DNA from: an uncultured Spirochaetota bacterium | GTDB lineage: Bacteria; Spirochaetota; Spirochaetia; SZUA-6; Fen-1364 | Direction of reading: 5' to 3' | DNA length: 64,000 nt | Assembly (NCBI GenBank): GCA_963845535.1 | Contig: CAWJSK010000015.1 | Location: 320,001 to 384,000 of the forward strand | Shown: positions 30,191 through 40,041 of the stretch, one piece after another | Numbering within the stretch: position 1 is the stretch's first letter | Layout of the letters: the number at the start of each line of letters is the position of its first letter | Notes under the pieces: generated by a model | Databases searched by the model: none | What the model was told of the DNA's origin: nothing | The model's input: the letters and a program-made list of their open reading frames with translations, nothing else | Made by a program: the position numbers and the translations under genes

Positions 30191-31153
30191 ATGTCGTCGA
30201 AGAATGATGCAATCGATTTCCTTCGCGCGCACGAGTCCTTCCTCATCCTGGGGCACAAGGAGCCTGACGGAGATTGCATTGCCTCCGAGATAACGACCGC
30301 CACCATCGTCTCGGCTCTGGGCAAGAAAGCTGACATCTATTCAGTCGGCCCGTTCGACCGGCCAGAAATCGAGAGTTTTGCGGATCAGTTCACGTCGGTG
30401 ATCCCCAAGGAAAAGCTCGACGGCGCCGCCGTCATCATCGTGGACTGCTCCACGCCGGACCGCACCGGTGATCTTGGGGCCGTCGTGGACGGACTGCCCA
30501 CCCTCGTGATCGACCATCATTCGGCTGGTGAGACGTTCGGCACGGTCCGCTACGTCGATGACTCCGCCCCTTCCACGACGTTTCTGTTGTTTTCCCTCTT
30601 CGAGACGCTGCAGATACCCGTAGAGCCGCAGACAGCGAACCTCCTCTTGTTCGGCTTCTGCACTGACACGGGCTTTTTCCGCCATCTCGGCCCGAGAAGC
30701 CCGGAAATATTCCAGACGCTTTCGCGGATAGCTGCCTGTGGGACGTCGCCGCAGGAAGTCTACATGATGATCTACGGAGGCCGTGATCTCTCGGGAAGAA
30801 AGATGCTCGGAGAGCTCCTCCTTCGGGTGGAAGAGCACGCGGAGGGCAAACTCCTGGTCACCTGGCAGACCATGGAGGACAGGCGCCGTCATGGCGCGCG
30901 CCAACGCGGCGAGGATGAGATGTACCGCCTGCTCCAGACGGTCCGCGGGGCAGTGGCGGTGGCTTTTGTGAAGGAAGAAAGTGCCGGCAAGTTCTCTGTG
31001 GGGCTGCGCTCCAACGCCTCCCTCGACGTCGGAAAGATTGCGTCGAGCTTTGGCGGCGGCGGTCACCGTCAAGCTGCCGGGTTCGACGCCACCGGGACTC
31101 TTGAGTCTGTCAAAGACGCCGTGGTCAGGGCTTTCGCCTCTTTGCTTTCGTAG
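30191..31153 (+). CDS. nrnA: DHH/DHHA1 oligoribonuclease / pAp phosphatase
   Basis: HKEPDGD, VDC, IDHH, TDTGFF, GGGGHRQAAG. Confidence 0.92.
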   Translation: MSSKNDAIDFLRAHESFLILGHKEPDGDCIASEITTATIVSALGKKADIYSVGPFDRPEIESFADQFTSVIPKEKLDGAAVIIVDCSTPDRTGDLGAVVDGLPTLVIDHHSAGETFGTVRYVDDSAPSTTFLLFSLFETLQIPVEPQTANLLLFGFCTDTGFFRHLGPRSPEIFQTLSRIAACGTSPQEVYMMIYGGRDLSGRKMLGELLLRVEEHAEGKLLVTWQTMEDRRRHGARQRGEDEMYRLLQTVRGAVAVAFVKEESAGKFSVGLRSNASLDVGKIASSFGGGGHRQAAGFDATGTLESVKDAVVRAFASLLS

Positions 31154-31165
31154 CGGCGCTCCCAC

Positions 31166-31195
31166 CGAACGTAAACGAATGTAAGCGAATGTAAA
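31166..31195 (+). repeat. Three tandem 10-bp repeats CGAAYGTAAR
   Basis: CGAACGTAAA CGAATGTAAG CGAATGTAAA in the intergenic region. Confidence 0.85.
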
Positions 31196-31337
31196 GAATC
31201 GCCCGTCTACGGGCTTTTCTGACGCCCTAACCTGGCATGCGGTTTGCTCTTCCTCCCCACCGTAAGTTCGGCCTGTCTGGGCCTTCCCGGCAGCTGAGTC
31301 TTGCCGGCTCCGAGCCCTGGCCGCCAGGAGGAAAAGC

Positions 31338-32249
31338 GTGGGAAGCCTTACTGAAAAAGTCCTTCACTACCAGAGGACGCGAAGCGGTCTTGCGGATCTC
31401 ATGAACGATCTTGCCCGCCGGGTCTATGTCTACCCTCGGCGCAGGATGGGCTGGGATGAGGACGCGTGCGGGGAGTTTTATCTGTTCTTCCATCCCCGGC
31501 TCATCCGGCTTCTCGACAGGTTCCGAGACCAGGGCAAGCCGTTCGAGTCATACCTGTGCTCCGTGCTGGGATGGCAGCTTCGCAATTTTGCGCGGGAGCG
31601 AAAGCGCGGAGAAAGGTCCTGGAATGTAGCATTGCGGATCGAACCAGGCAGGGCCGAAGCGCAGGTGGAAGGCGCCCAGGCGGAAGCCGCCCGGGCGGAC
31701 GAAACGCAGGCGGAAGGCGCCATCGAGGAAAAGGACGACGCAATGGTCTTGCCCCCGGGCGGCGCTGAGATTGCCCGGCACATTTGCACGCCTACGGATC
31801 GCAGGAACTTCCTGTTCCTCATCCTGAAATGCTCGCGAAACCTCGACCCCGGGAAATGCTCAGCTCTTGCGAACCTGGCGGGCACCTCCTCTGGGCGCCT
31901 GGCCGACCTTCTGAGCGAGCTGCGCCAAGCCGGGGCGCCGCGGGAGGCCAGGCTGGAAGTCTTTTGCCGCAGGCGAAACGCCGCCTTCTCCCAGATCCGC
32001 CTGCTCGAGACGGAGCTCCTCACGGAGATCGATTTCGCTCGGCGGGAAGAGCTTTCCTTCAAGCTGAACAAGGCCCGCAAGCGCATGAGAGGGGCCATGG
32101 ACAAGATGTCCCGCGTTGGCCTTGCGCCGACAAACAAAGAGATTGCCCGAATCCTCGGTGTCCCCAAGGGCACGGTGGACTCCGGGCTGTACTGGTTGAA
32201 GAAGAAACTTGCCCCGGTGTATGATCCCGACAACTTCAGGTCTGCATGA
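31338..32249 (+). CDS. Sigma-70-like / HTH hypothetical protein
   Basis: Region-2-like N-terminus (FESYL..VL.WQLRNF) and C-terminal HTH TNKEIARILGVPKGTVDSGL. Confidence 0.6.
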   Translation: MGSLTEKVLHYQRTRSGLADLMNDLARRVYVYPRRRMGWDEDACGEFYLFFHPRLIRLLDRFRDQGKPFESYLCSVLGWQLRNFARERKRGERSWNVALRIEPGRAEAQVEGAQAEAARADETQAEGAIEEKDDAMVLPPGGAEIARHICTPTDRRNFLFLILKCSRNLDPGKCSALANLAGTSSGRLADLLSELRQAGAPREARLEVFCRRRNAAFSQIRLLETELLTEIDFARREELSFKLNKARKRMRGAMDKMSRVGLAPTNKEIARILGVPKGTVDSGLYWLKKKLAPVYDPDNFRSA

Positions 32250-32845
32250 TGAGCATCGAGCTGGTCCTGGCTTCCAACAATGATCACAAGCATGCTGAGT
32301 TCCGCCGTCTTTTCCCGGACGTGACAGTGCTGTCGCCGCGGGACGTCGGCGTCACGTTCGATTTCGAGGAAACCGGGAACACTTTTTTCGACAACGCCCG
32401 CGGCAAGGCTCTCGCGCTGTTCCGCAGGGCGGGCAGGGCCGTGATAGCGGATGATTCGGGGCTCTGCGTCCAGGCCCTGGGCGGCGCGCCGGGAATCATG
32501 TCCAACCGATACGGTGCGGCCGCGGACGGCACTGTATTGGAGACGGGCAAGCGCAACGCATTTCTCCTGGAAAAGCTCGCGGGGATTGCCGACCGCAGGG
32601 CGTTCTTTGTCTGCTGCCTCGTCCTGGTCCAGGATGAGGAGCGTTTCACCTCCGTCCAGGAAACCGTCCACGGGGTCATTACGGAGGAGCCTCGGGGGAG
32701 GAACGGGTTCGGCTACGACCCGCTTTTCCTTCTGCCGTCACTGGGCATGACGATGGCGGAGCTTCCGGATGCCCAAAAGGACGAGCTCTCCCATAGGGGC
32801 AGGGCGGCGCGCCGTCTCGGCGCCTGTCTTTCGCTGGACAGCTGA
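32246..32845 (+). CDS. rdgB: Non-canonical purine NTP pyrophosphatase
   Basis: ASNNDHK, ADDSGL, GFGYDPLF, SHRGRA. Confidence 0.95.
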   Translation: MMSIELVLASNNDHKHAEFRRLFPDVTVLSPRDVGVTFDFEETGNTFFDNARGKALALFRRAGRAVIADDSGLCVQALGGAPGIMSNRYGAAADGTVLETGKRNAFLLEKLAGIADRRAFFVCCLVLVQDEERFTSVQETVHGVITEEPRGRNGFGYDPLFLLPSLGMTMAELPDAQKDELSHRGRAARRLGACLSLDS

Positions 32846-32916
32846 AGACGCGCGGATATACTTGAGCCTGACATGGCACGTGAGCTTGACATGGCTATCA
32901 CAGGAGAGCACTACGC

Positions 32917-33969
32917 ATGGACCTGATCTCCGCCTACGCAAACGACGTCTCTGAGCTCGCGCGGTTCTCCCGCTCTCCTGAGAATGCGCCGCTCATTGTC
33001 GACGTCATCGCCAACCCTCATGCGGGTTTCTTCAAGCGCCAGGCCACCGTGCAGAGGCAGATCCTCGAACTCGAGCGGCGCCTGGAAGACCTGCGGCTGC
33101 GCTTCCCGCGGCGCAGGGTGGAGATCAACACGGTGCATTTCACGGAGCGCCCTGGCCACGCGCGCCAGATTGCCGAGCACATCCTGGAAAGGGAAGAGCG
33201 GGCGCAGTCCGGGATCGAGCACCTCCTCATTGGCTGCGGCGGGGACGGGACGAGCAATGAGATATGCACGGCGCTCGTCGACGCCAGTGCGTCCCTCCTG
33301 GACCGCGTCAAGCTGCTTCGGCTTCCCTTGGGCACCGGGAATGACGTAGCGGATGCGGCCACTTTTTCCCAGGCGTATGATCTCATCCTTGGACCGCAGC
33401 GGACCGTCAAGACCGGCGCCCTGCGCGTCACGACGGGAAGCGGCGCATCGATGTATTCCTTCAACATCGGGAGCGTCGGGCTGGACGCGTACATCGCGGG
33501 GCTTACCAACAAGTTCAAGCGCGCAATTCCCGGCCAGGCGTACAAGGTCATGGTGGACGTCGGCTCCCTGTTCTACGAGCAAAGGGTGAAGCCTGGCCCC
33601 ATGAACATCCGACTGTGCAAGGACGGGGTCGAGACGAGGGTGGATGCTTTTGTCCCGTCCATGGTCGTGGTCGGGATCAGCGGCGGCAGGACGTACGGCG
33701 GTCACATGCCCGTGCTGCCCGGGCCGCAGAACGTCTGTTTGATCGAGCGCATGGGTGTGCTGAAAAAAGTGAGGAGCAAGAAGCTCCTCTTCCAGGGGCT
33801 GCACGGCCAGCTTCCCGAGGTGCGGTTTCACACCGCTGACACTGTGGACCTGGAGTACCAGGGCGCCATGCCTCTCCAGCTCGACGGCGAGCTTACCTGG
33901 CTGCAGGCTGCGGATTTTCCGCTTTCACTCCGCGTCCTTGAGCCCAGGATCAACGTCCTGCGGCCGTAG
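32917..33969 (+). CDS. Diacylglycerol/lipid kinase family protein
   Basis: ANPHAG, GGDGT, PLGTGND, QLDGE. Confidence 0.88.
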   Translation: MDLISAYANDVSELARFSRSPENAPLIVDVIANPHAGFFKRQATVQRQILELERRLEDLRLRFPRRRVEINTVHFTERPGHARQIAEHILEREERAQSGIEHLLIGCGGDGTSNEICTALVDASASLLDRVKLLRLPLGTGNDVADAATFSQAYDLILGPQRTVKTGALRVTTGSGASMYSFNIGSVGLDAYIAGLTNKFKRAIPGQAYKVMVDVGSLFYEQRVKPGPMNIRLCKDGVETRVDAFVPSMVVVGISGGRTYGGHMPVLPGPQNVCLIERMGVLKKVRSKKLLFQGLHGQLPEVRFHTADTVDLEYQGAMPLQLDGELTWLQAADFPLSLRVLEPRINVLRP

Positions 33970-36900
33970 AAGCTCGAGGAAGTCTTTCCAGCGGTAGCCG
34001 GAAGCTTCGGCGGCAGCAAGAGCCGCCGGCGCCTCGCGGATTTCCCAGCCCTCGAGGAAGGCGATTTCGGAAATGCATGCCGCCAACAGCTCGAAGCTCT
34101 CCTTGGAGAACCATTTCACTCCCTCGAACTCATTGACTTCGAGGAACCGCTGGGCTGCCGGATCCCCCAGGCGTTCGGGCCAGGAGCGCACGTCAGCAAT
34201 CTTTTTTCCCGTTCGGACCAGAAACGAAAGCAGGCCGGGCGCCGGACCCGCGGCCCGCTCCGGCCAGCCCGAACGGACCAGGAAGGCGCGCATCAGCTCC
34301 GCGAGCATCCATTCGTCGATCCAGGAAAGGGCAGGGCATTCGGAACGCTCCTCAGGGCATAGCGGCCGCAGCACTGACCAAAGCCAGAGGAAGGCACGGG
34401 CGCGATTGTCCGTCCATCGAGCCGGCGCGCTCGCTGCACCGGTCACGCCGGCCGCGCGCTCCAGTCGGCCGTGGAACTCCGCTTGAGCGCGCCTGATGTC
34501 CACCCCCGCGTTCGCGTCGGCGCCCGCACCCGCGCTGGCCTCCGCACCCGTCCCCGGACCCGCGCCCGCGCCCGTCCCAGCGCCCGTCCCAGCGCCAGCG
34601 GTGAAGCGCCGCAGGGCTTCCAGGAAACCGTCATACCTGCCCGCCGCGTCTTCAGGGAACGGGGATTCCAAAAGGCTCACGAACGGATCACGGATGGGGC
34701 GCAGCTCCATTTCCCGAAGCGAGTGGTCGATGCTCGGTGAGCCCCTGCCTCCAAGCTCCCCGGCAAGCCGGGACCATCGGCGGCCCTGGTCATCGAAAAC
34801 CACGCGGAAGTCCATGAAGACCTGGCAGCGGAACGCGTTCAGCTCCGCGTACAATCCCTTCTCCCACATCTCCCGGCACGAGCGGAGGTATTCGAGGCCT
34901 TCCCGAGAGTCGCGGAAGATCGCGAATGCTCCCGCGTCATTGGGCAGCGCAAGTCCTTCGCCCAGGCATTTCTGCGCGAGCGCGCGGCCGCCGTCCCGCT
35001 TCACGGCAAAAGCGGCGGAGGTGCGCACCCATCCCCGCGCCTCGGCGTACTTGTTGTTGTAGATGACAAGTGCCCGCTCATCCCCGGCGCGGTTCGAATA
35101 TGCGTACACGTCCTCGTTGACGCCGCCCTGGGCGCTGAAGAAGTCGTAGAGAAGGAAGTTGTCAACTCCTGAAAAAAGGTACCGCCGCTTGAGAAGCGGG
35201 AATATCTCCTGTTCGTGCCGGCGCACCAGGTCGGCGTTCGCTGTCTCGTTCCAGTAGGAGCGTCGGAACTCCATTCCATATTTCTCCCGCAAGCCCTCGA
35301 TCTGGCCATGCGCGTACATCGGGAGGCCCGGCATGGTGGCCATGAGCGTGCAGACGCCGAAGTACTTGTCCCCGTCCCCGAACTGCTCTACGGCGGTCTG
35401 TTCGTCAGGGTTGCTCATGAAGTTCACGAAGCGCTTCAGGATCTCGGGATCAAACTCCAGGGTGTTGCGGATGGTCTGCCGATAACCGGCGTTGTCCTCC
35501 GCTTTCAGCATGTGCATGAACGCGCTGTTGTAGACCCTGTGCATCCCGAGGGTGCGCACGAAGAATCCCTCCAGGAGCCAGAACGCTTCCGCCAGGAGGA
35601 GCGTATCAGGGGCTTCCCGCGCAACCCTGTCCACCACCTCGCGCCAGAACTCCGCGGGCATTGCGCGGTCGAAATCCCGCCGCGTGAGCCCGTTGCCCGC
35701 CCGGGAAGGGATGTCTCCTCCCGCCCCCGGTTCGGGAAACCACAGCCGCTGGAAATGCTTCTTTGTGAGCGTCATGGCCGCGTCGAACCTGATCACGGGG
35801 AACATACGCGCCACGTGGAGGATGGTGGATATGACCGCCTCCCGCGTCTCAGGCTTGAGGAAATCAAGCTGTGCAGTGTCGTTCCACGGCATGTGTGTGC
35901 CGTCGTTCCCATGATAGATGAGCCGCGTGTCACCGCTTCCGAAGTCTACGCGCTTGAATACCACGGCCGCGTCCGACTTGGTCCAGTAGTGGTCCTCTAG
36001 GTAGATCCCGACTCCGGGCGTCCGGGAGAGGTTGTCCCCGTTGAAGGAATAGGAGGGAAACGGCGGCCACGGGTGAGGCCAGGACAGGAACCGCTCGGGA
36101 TGCTCGGTCATCCAGCGCGAGTCCACGCCGGTGTGGTTGGGGACCATGTCGCTTGCGAGCCTGATGCCGCGCCGCCAGGCCCGCTCCTTCAAGTTGTAGA
36201 GGGACTGCTCCCCCCCCAGCTCGGAGGAGATTGCGTAGTCGAACAACGAGTAGGCGGATGCCTCCGCATCCTGGTTGCCCATCCGCCGCTTGATCTCCCG
36301 CGAGGCCAGGCTGCGCTCCCATACGCCAATGAGCCACAACGCCGTGAACCCGCGCCGCGCCAGAGTATCCAGCTCCTCATCCGGCACCTGGTCCAGGCGT
36401 CGAATCTCACGACCGTACGCCCGGGAGAGCTGATCCAGCCACACGAGCGTGTTCTTGGCGATCATCACTGCCCGCGGCATCCAGTCCTTGTCAGGGGTGA
36501 ACGCCTCCGCCTCGGCGCTTGCCCCCGCGTAGTCGTAGACTTCCGGCGGCCCCGGCGCGAAAGGCCCGAGCCCGAGCCGGGCTTCCTCCCGCAGCACGTC
36601 CATGCCGGTGAGCAGGCGCAGAAGCAGGTCCCCGAGAAGGTGGCCCCATTTCGTGCGGATGTACTCCAACTGTCCGGAGAGCGATGTTGGGGCCACGCGG
36701 GCCGGCGCGCCCAGCATGCCGACAAGGTCCTCGTTGTCAGGGCCGAAGCCGGGAAGCGTCCGGAAGAACTCCCGCACCCCGGAGATGAGCGTCGGGTAAG
36801 GAGTGGATTCCGCCAGCGGGGCGTCATCAAAAAGCTCGCGAAAAGGATCAAAGGCGGGGTCGCCGTTGGCGAGGGAAATGTGAAGCATTTCCTCCAGCGT

Positions 36901-37348
36901 CACCGCCCGGTTGGAAACGCCGCCGTCCTGGCCGCGCAAATAGTCCTGCGGGGAGAGCGTCCCTTCCAGGACGGCGCGAGGGGGATAGACCAGCACGAAC
37001 CGCGTCAGCGCCCCGTCAAGGGAGAGTCCTGCCATGGCGGGTCTCCAGAAAGGCGAGCGCCTTCTCGAACGCTCCTTTGTCCACGCTTTTCCTGAAAAGA
37101 CCGCTCACGTAATGCAGGATCTCGTCGATGAGCCCCATGGCGTTCATGTCCCCGGCTCGAAGCGCCTTCTCCGGCGGCGTGCCGGCTTTCGCCCTTACCT
37201 CGTTGATCCGCCCGGTCAGGACACGCGCCGCGTGAAGGTCCAGGGTGATCACGTTCCCCGTGGAGGAGTACAACTCCTGGGGGAAGCCATAGCGCTGGCG
37301 GGCCTGGCGCGAGACATGAAAGTGGTACGTCGGGGAACACGCGCTCAA
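33925..37348 (-). CDS. Large GH13 alpha-amylase family protein, frameshifted near 37020
   Basis: SDMVPNH, IRFDAAM, LAEAFW, FMSNPDE. The N-terminal part (FHVSRQARQRY) is in ORF 37016-37348. Confidence 0.88.
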
Positions 37349-39345
37349 TCTCCACCTCCCTCCACGGGCTTTGCGCGGCGGGGCGTCACGAACGCACGTA
37401 TCCGCGCGGAAAGACTGGTTCGACCGTCGAGACTCTCGATACTCAGGGGCATGCGCCAGGTCCAGTTCCTGTCATTGACGGTGCCCGGAACGTTGATCCT
37501 GTCCGCGCGAGGGTCGGGGGCCCACAACTCCCCGTCCAGGTCCAGGATGTCCTGGATCTGGAACATGCACAGGAGGGACCCTGCCCCGAGGCATTGGGTG
37601 AAGACCAGGCTTTGAAGGTCAGAAGTCATGGCAGGCGGACACGGACCTGGAGTGCCCAGGGAGCGGAAGTACGTCTCCCTTTCCGCGGCGTCTTCCTCCC
37701 ACCAGCCGCGGAGCGTCGACGTGTCGTGCACGGACGGCGTACAAACGGAGAGCCTTGGATAGTTTTTCGGCGGGATGAAAGGAGCGGGCGCACCGGGCGC
37801 GGCTTTCTTGTACTCCCGTGACCAACGCAGGATTCGAAGCCCGAGGATCCCAAGCTCCGCGAGCACTCTCGGGACGCAGTCAGGGACGTCGCCGAGGTCC
37901 TCCGCGCACACCAGCATGTCCGTGGTGTCCTGCAGCATGGACAGGAGGTCCCGGCCGCGTCGCTCCCAGGTGTCTTCCGACTCCCTGCGCTTGCGGGAAA
38001 GCAGGTCTCCAAGCGCCGGCCTTTCCGCGTCCGACAGGCTGCGGAACCCCCTGGTTCCGTCGATGTACCAGGAGGGGAAGCGCAGACCCTTTCCGTCCAG
38101 GACGAAAGTCCGGTCCCTATGACGCGAAAGGAGGAAGTCCTTGACGGCGGGAGACTCTGACAAAGCCTGGATTACCGCCTCCGAATCGAAGCGTGCGGAA
38201 AAGTTGTACATTTCCTCCTCGCCGATCCGGGAAAGGTACTCCCGCGCCACGCGGGAGGCGTCTGCCCCGAGCGCTGTTTCGAGCTCCTGCCCCCTGACGT
38301 GAGGCAGCGTGAGCCAACGGAGCCTTCCCTCGTCGAAACCGAGCTTGAGGAGCTCCTCTGCGTCCACGCCGGCGGAAGGGGAGAAGTAACCCAGGAGGCC
38401 GGTCACTTCCTGGCGCGGAATGCGCCAGATGCGAAAGAAGCCGAGGACATGGTCGATTCGAAGCGCATGGAAGAACTTCCCAGCCTGCAGGAGCCTGTCC
38501 TTCCACCACCGGTAGCCGTCAGCCTCCAGGGCGTCCCAGTCGTACACGGGAAATCCCCAGTTCTGGCCGTTGGGGGAGAACATGTCGGGCGGAGCGCCCG
38601 CATTGGCACCCAGGTCGAAGTAGCGGCGGGACGCCCATACGTCAGCGCTTTCCCGGCTCATGAGGATGGGGACGTCACCCTTGAGATAGACCCCGCTCTG
38701 CCGCGCACGGCGCGAGGCGCGGGAGAGCTGCAGCTCGAGCTGATGTTGGATCCAGGCAATGCGCAAGCACTGCTCCTCGTGGCCCTCCCACCAGCGCAGG
38801 ATTGCGCTCTCCGAGGGGTCGGCCATGCTGCCCCAGGAAGCCCACGGGCCCCCGCCGCTCTCCCGCTTGAGCGCCGTGAACACCGCGTAAGGCCTCACCC
38901 ATGCGTTGGCGGAGAGCCATTTCGTGAAACCGGGATCAGCGCGGACGGCAAGCCCGCCTTCACTGAACAACCGTTCGGCGAAATCAACCTTGAAGCGGAG
39001 GACGTCTCCATGAGAAAAATGGCCGGCCGATTGCGCTTCCCGTTCCACCGTCAGACGGCGGAACGCCTTGATATCCGTTTCGTGGCGTTCGGCCCCCGGC
39101 AGATCCTGCAATCGCAAATACAATGGATGGAGCGCGTAAGCGGAAAGGGCGCTGTAGGGAGACCCGTTGGCCCCCGTGTCGCTCACCGGCAGGACCTGGA
39201 TGACCTCCAGGCCCATGCCCGCGCACCATTGCGCCAGCTTCGGAATGTCGGCGAACTCGCCGACGCCGCAGTCCTCCTGCGTCCGCAGCGCTGCTACGGG
39301 GATGGAGACCCCGGTGAAGTAGTGGTCAAGCCGTGCGAAGCGCAT
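37345..39345 (-). CDS. malQ: 4-alpha-glucanotransferase (GH77)
   Basis: SPYSALS, GAPPDMFS..GQNWGFP, RIDHVLGFFRIW, AEDLG, HDT, INVPGT..NWTWR. Confidence 0.95.
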   Translation of the reverse strand: MRFARLDHYFTGVSIPVAALRTQEDCGVGEFADIPKLAQWCAGMGLEVIQVLPVSDTGANGSPYSALSAYALHPLYLRLQDLPGAERHETDIKAFRRLTVEREAQSAGHFSHGDVLRFKVDFAERLFSEGGLAVRADPGFTKWLSANAWVRPYAVFTALKRESGGGPWASWGSMADPSESAILRWWEGHEEQCLRIAWIQHQLELQLSRASRRARQSGVYLKGDVPILMSRESADVWASRRYFDLGANAGAPPDMFSPNGQNWGFPVYDWDALEADGYRWWKDRLLQAGKFFHALRIDHVLGFFRIWRIPRQEVTGLLGYFSPSAGVDAEELLKLGFDEGRLRWLTLPHVRGQELETALGADASRVAREYLSRIGEEEMYNFSARFDSEAVIQALSESPAVKDFLLSRHRDRTFVLDGKGLRFPSWYIDGTRGFRSLSDAERPALGDLLSRKRRESEDTWERRGRDLLSMLQDTTDMLVCAEDLGDVPDCVPRVLAELGILGLRILRWSREYKKAAPGAPAPFIPPKNYPRLSVCTPSVHDTSTLRGWWEEDAAERETYFRSLGTPGPCPPAMTSDLQSLVFTQCLGAGSLLCMFQIQDILDLDGELWAPDPRADRINVPGTVNDRNWTWRMPLSIESLDGRTSLSARIRAFVTPRRAKPVEGGGD

Positions 39346-39392
39346 GAGCTGGCCTCAAATCATAGGTGATGCCACCGCGTTGAGCAAGCCCA

Positions 39393-39453
39393 CGCGGGGA
39401 GTCCACGCAAGAGCTACCGCGGGGAGTCCGCGAGGAACTCCCGCGGGGAGCCC
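39393..39453. repeat. Degenerate tandem repeat, CGCGGGGAGYCC x3
   Basis: Copies at 39393, 39418 and 39442 in the divergent intergenic region. Confidence 0.75.
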
Positions 39454-39504
39454 TCGCCAGGACTGCTCGCTTGAGCCGACCTCCTCGATCTGATAGAACA
39501 CCTC

Positions 39505-40041
39505 ATGCGCAGAACGCAGATTCCCGTCACCAGGCTCTCCCTCCCCCTGTTCCATACCTTCGATTCCCGATGGATGCTCCTTGCCTCGGGGGACTTTGCC
39601 GGAAAAAAGTTCAACGCCATGACCATTTCCTGGGGCAGCCTGGGGGTGGTCTGGGGAAAACCGTTTGCCCAGGTCTTTGTCAGACGAAGCCGTCACACGT
39701 ACGGGTTCATGGAGCAGTCGGAAACCTTTACCCTGTCCGTGTTTCCCGAAGAGCACCGCACGGGGCTGTCGTACTGCGGCAGCCATTCGGGCCGTTCGGG
39801 GGACAAGCTCGCGGCGGCGGGCTTCACTCCCGTAGCTTCATTGCGCGTCCCGGCCCCCGTCTTCGAAGAGGCTGAGCTTTGCATCGAGTGCCGAAAAATG
39901 TATTTCTCCGACATGTTCCCAGCGCATTTCCTGGACCAGTCCATCCAGACGAATTATCCAGCCCCCCAGGATTATCACCGGGTCTATTTTGGCGAGGTTG
40001 TTGCCGTCTCAGGCACTTCGGCCTATCTGGCGGCGGATTGA
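39505..40041 (+). CDS. Flavin reductase-like (flavoredoxin) protein
   Basis: NAMTISWG..G.VWGKP, CGSHSGRSGDK, IECRKMY, HRVYFGE. Confidence 0.88.
   Translation: MRRTQIPVTRLSLPLFHTFDSRWMLLASGDFAGKKFNAMTISWGSLGVVWGKPFAQVFVRRSRHTYGFMEQSETFTLSVFPEEHRTGLSYCGSHSGRSGDKLAAAGFTPVASLRVPAPVFEEAELCIECRKMYFSDMFPAHFLDQSIQTNYPAPQDYHRVYFGEVVAVSGTSAYLAAD

Noticed and set aside
39393..39465. Possible mini-CRISPR array
   Set aside because: The repeats are only 12 bp with ~12-bp related spacers, and there are no cas genes in the window.
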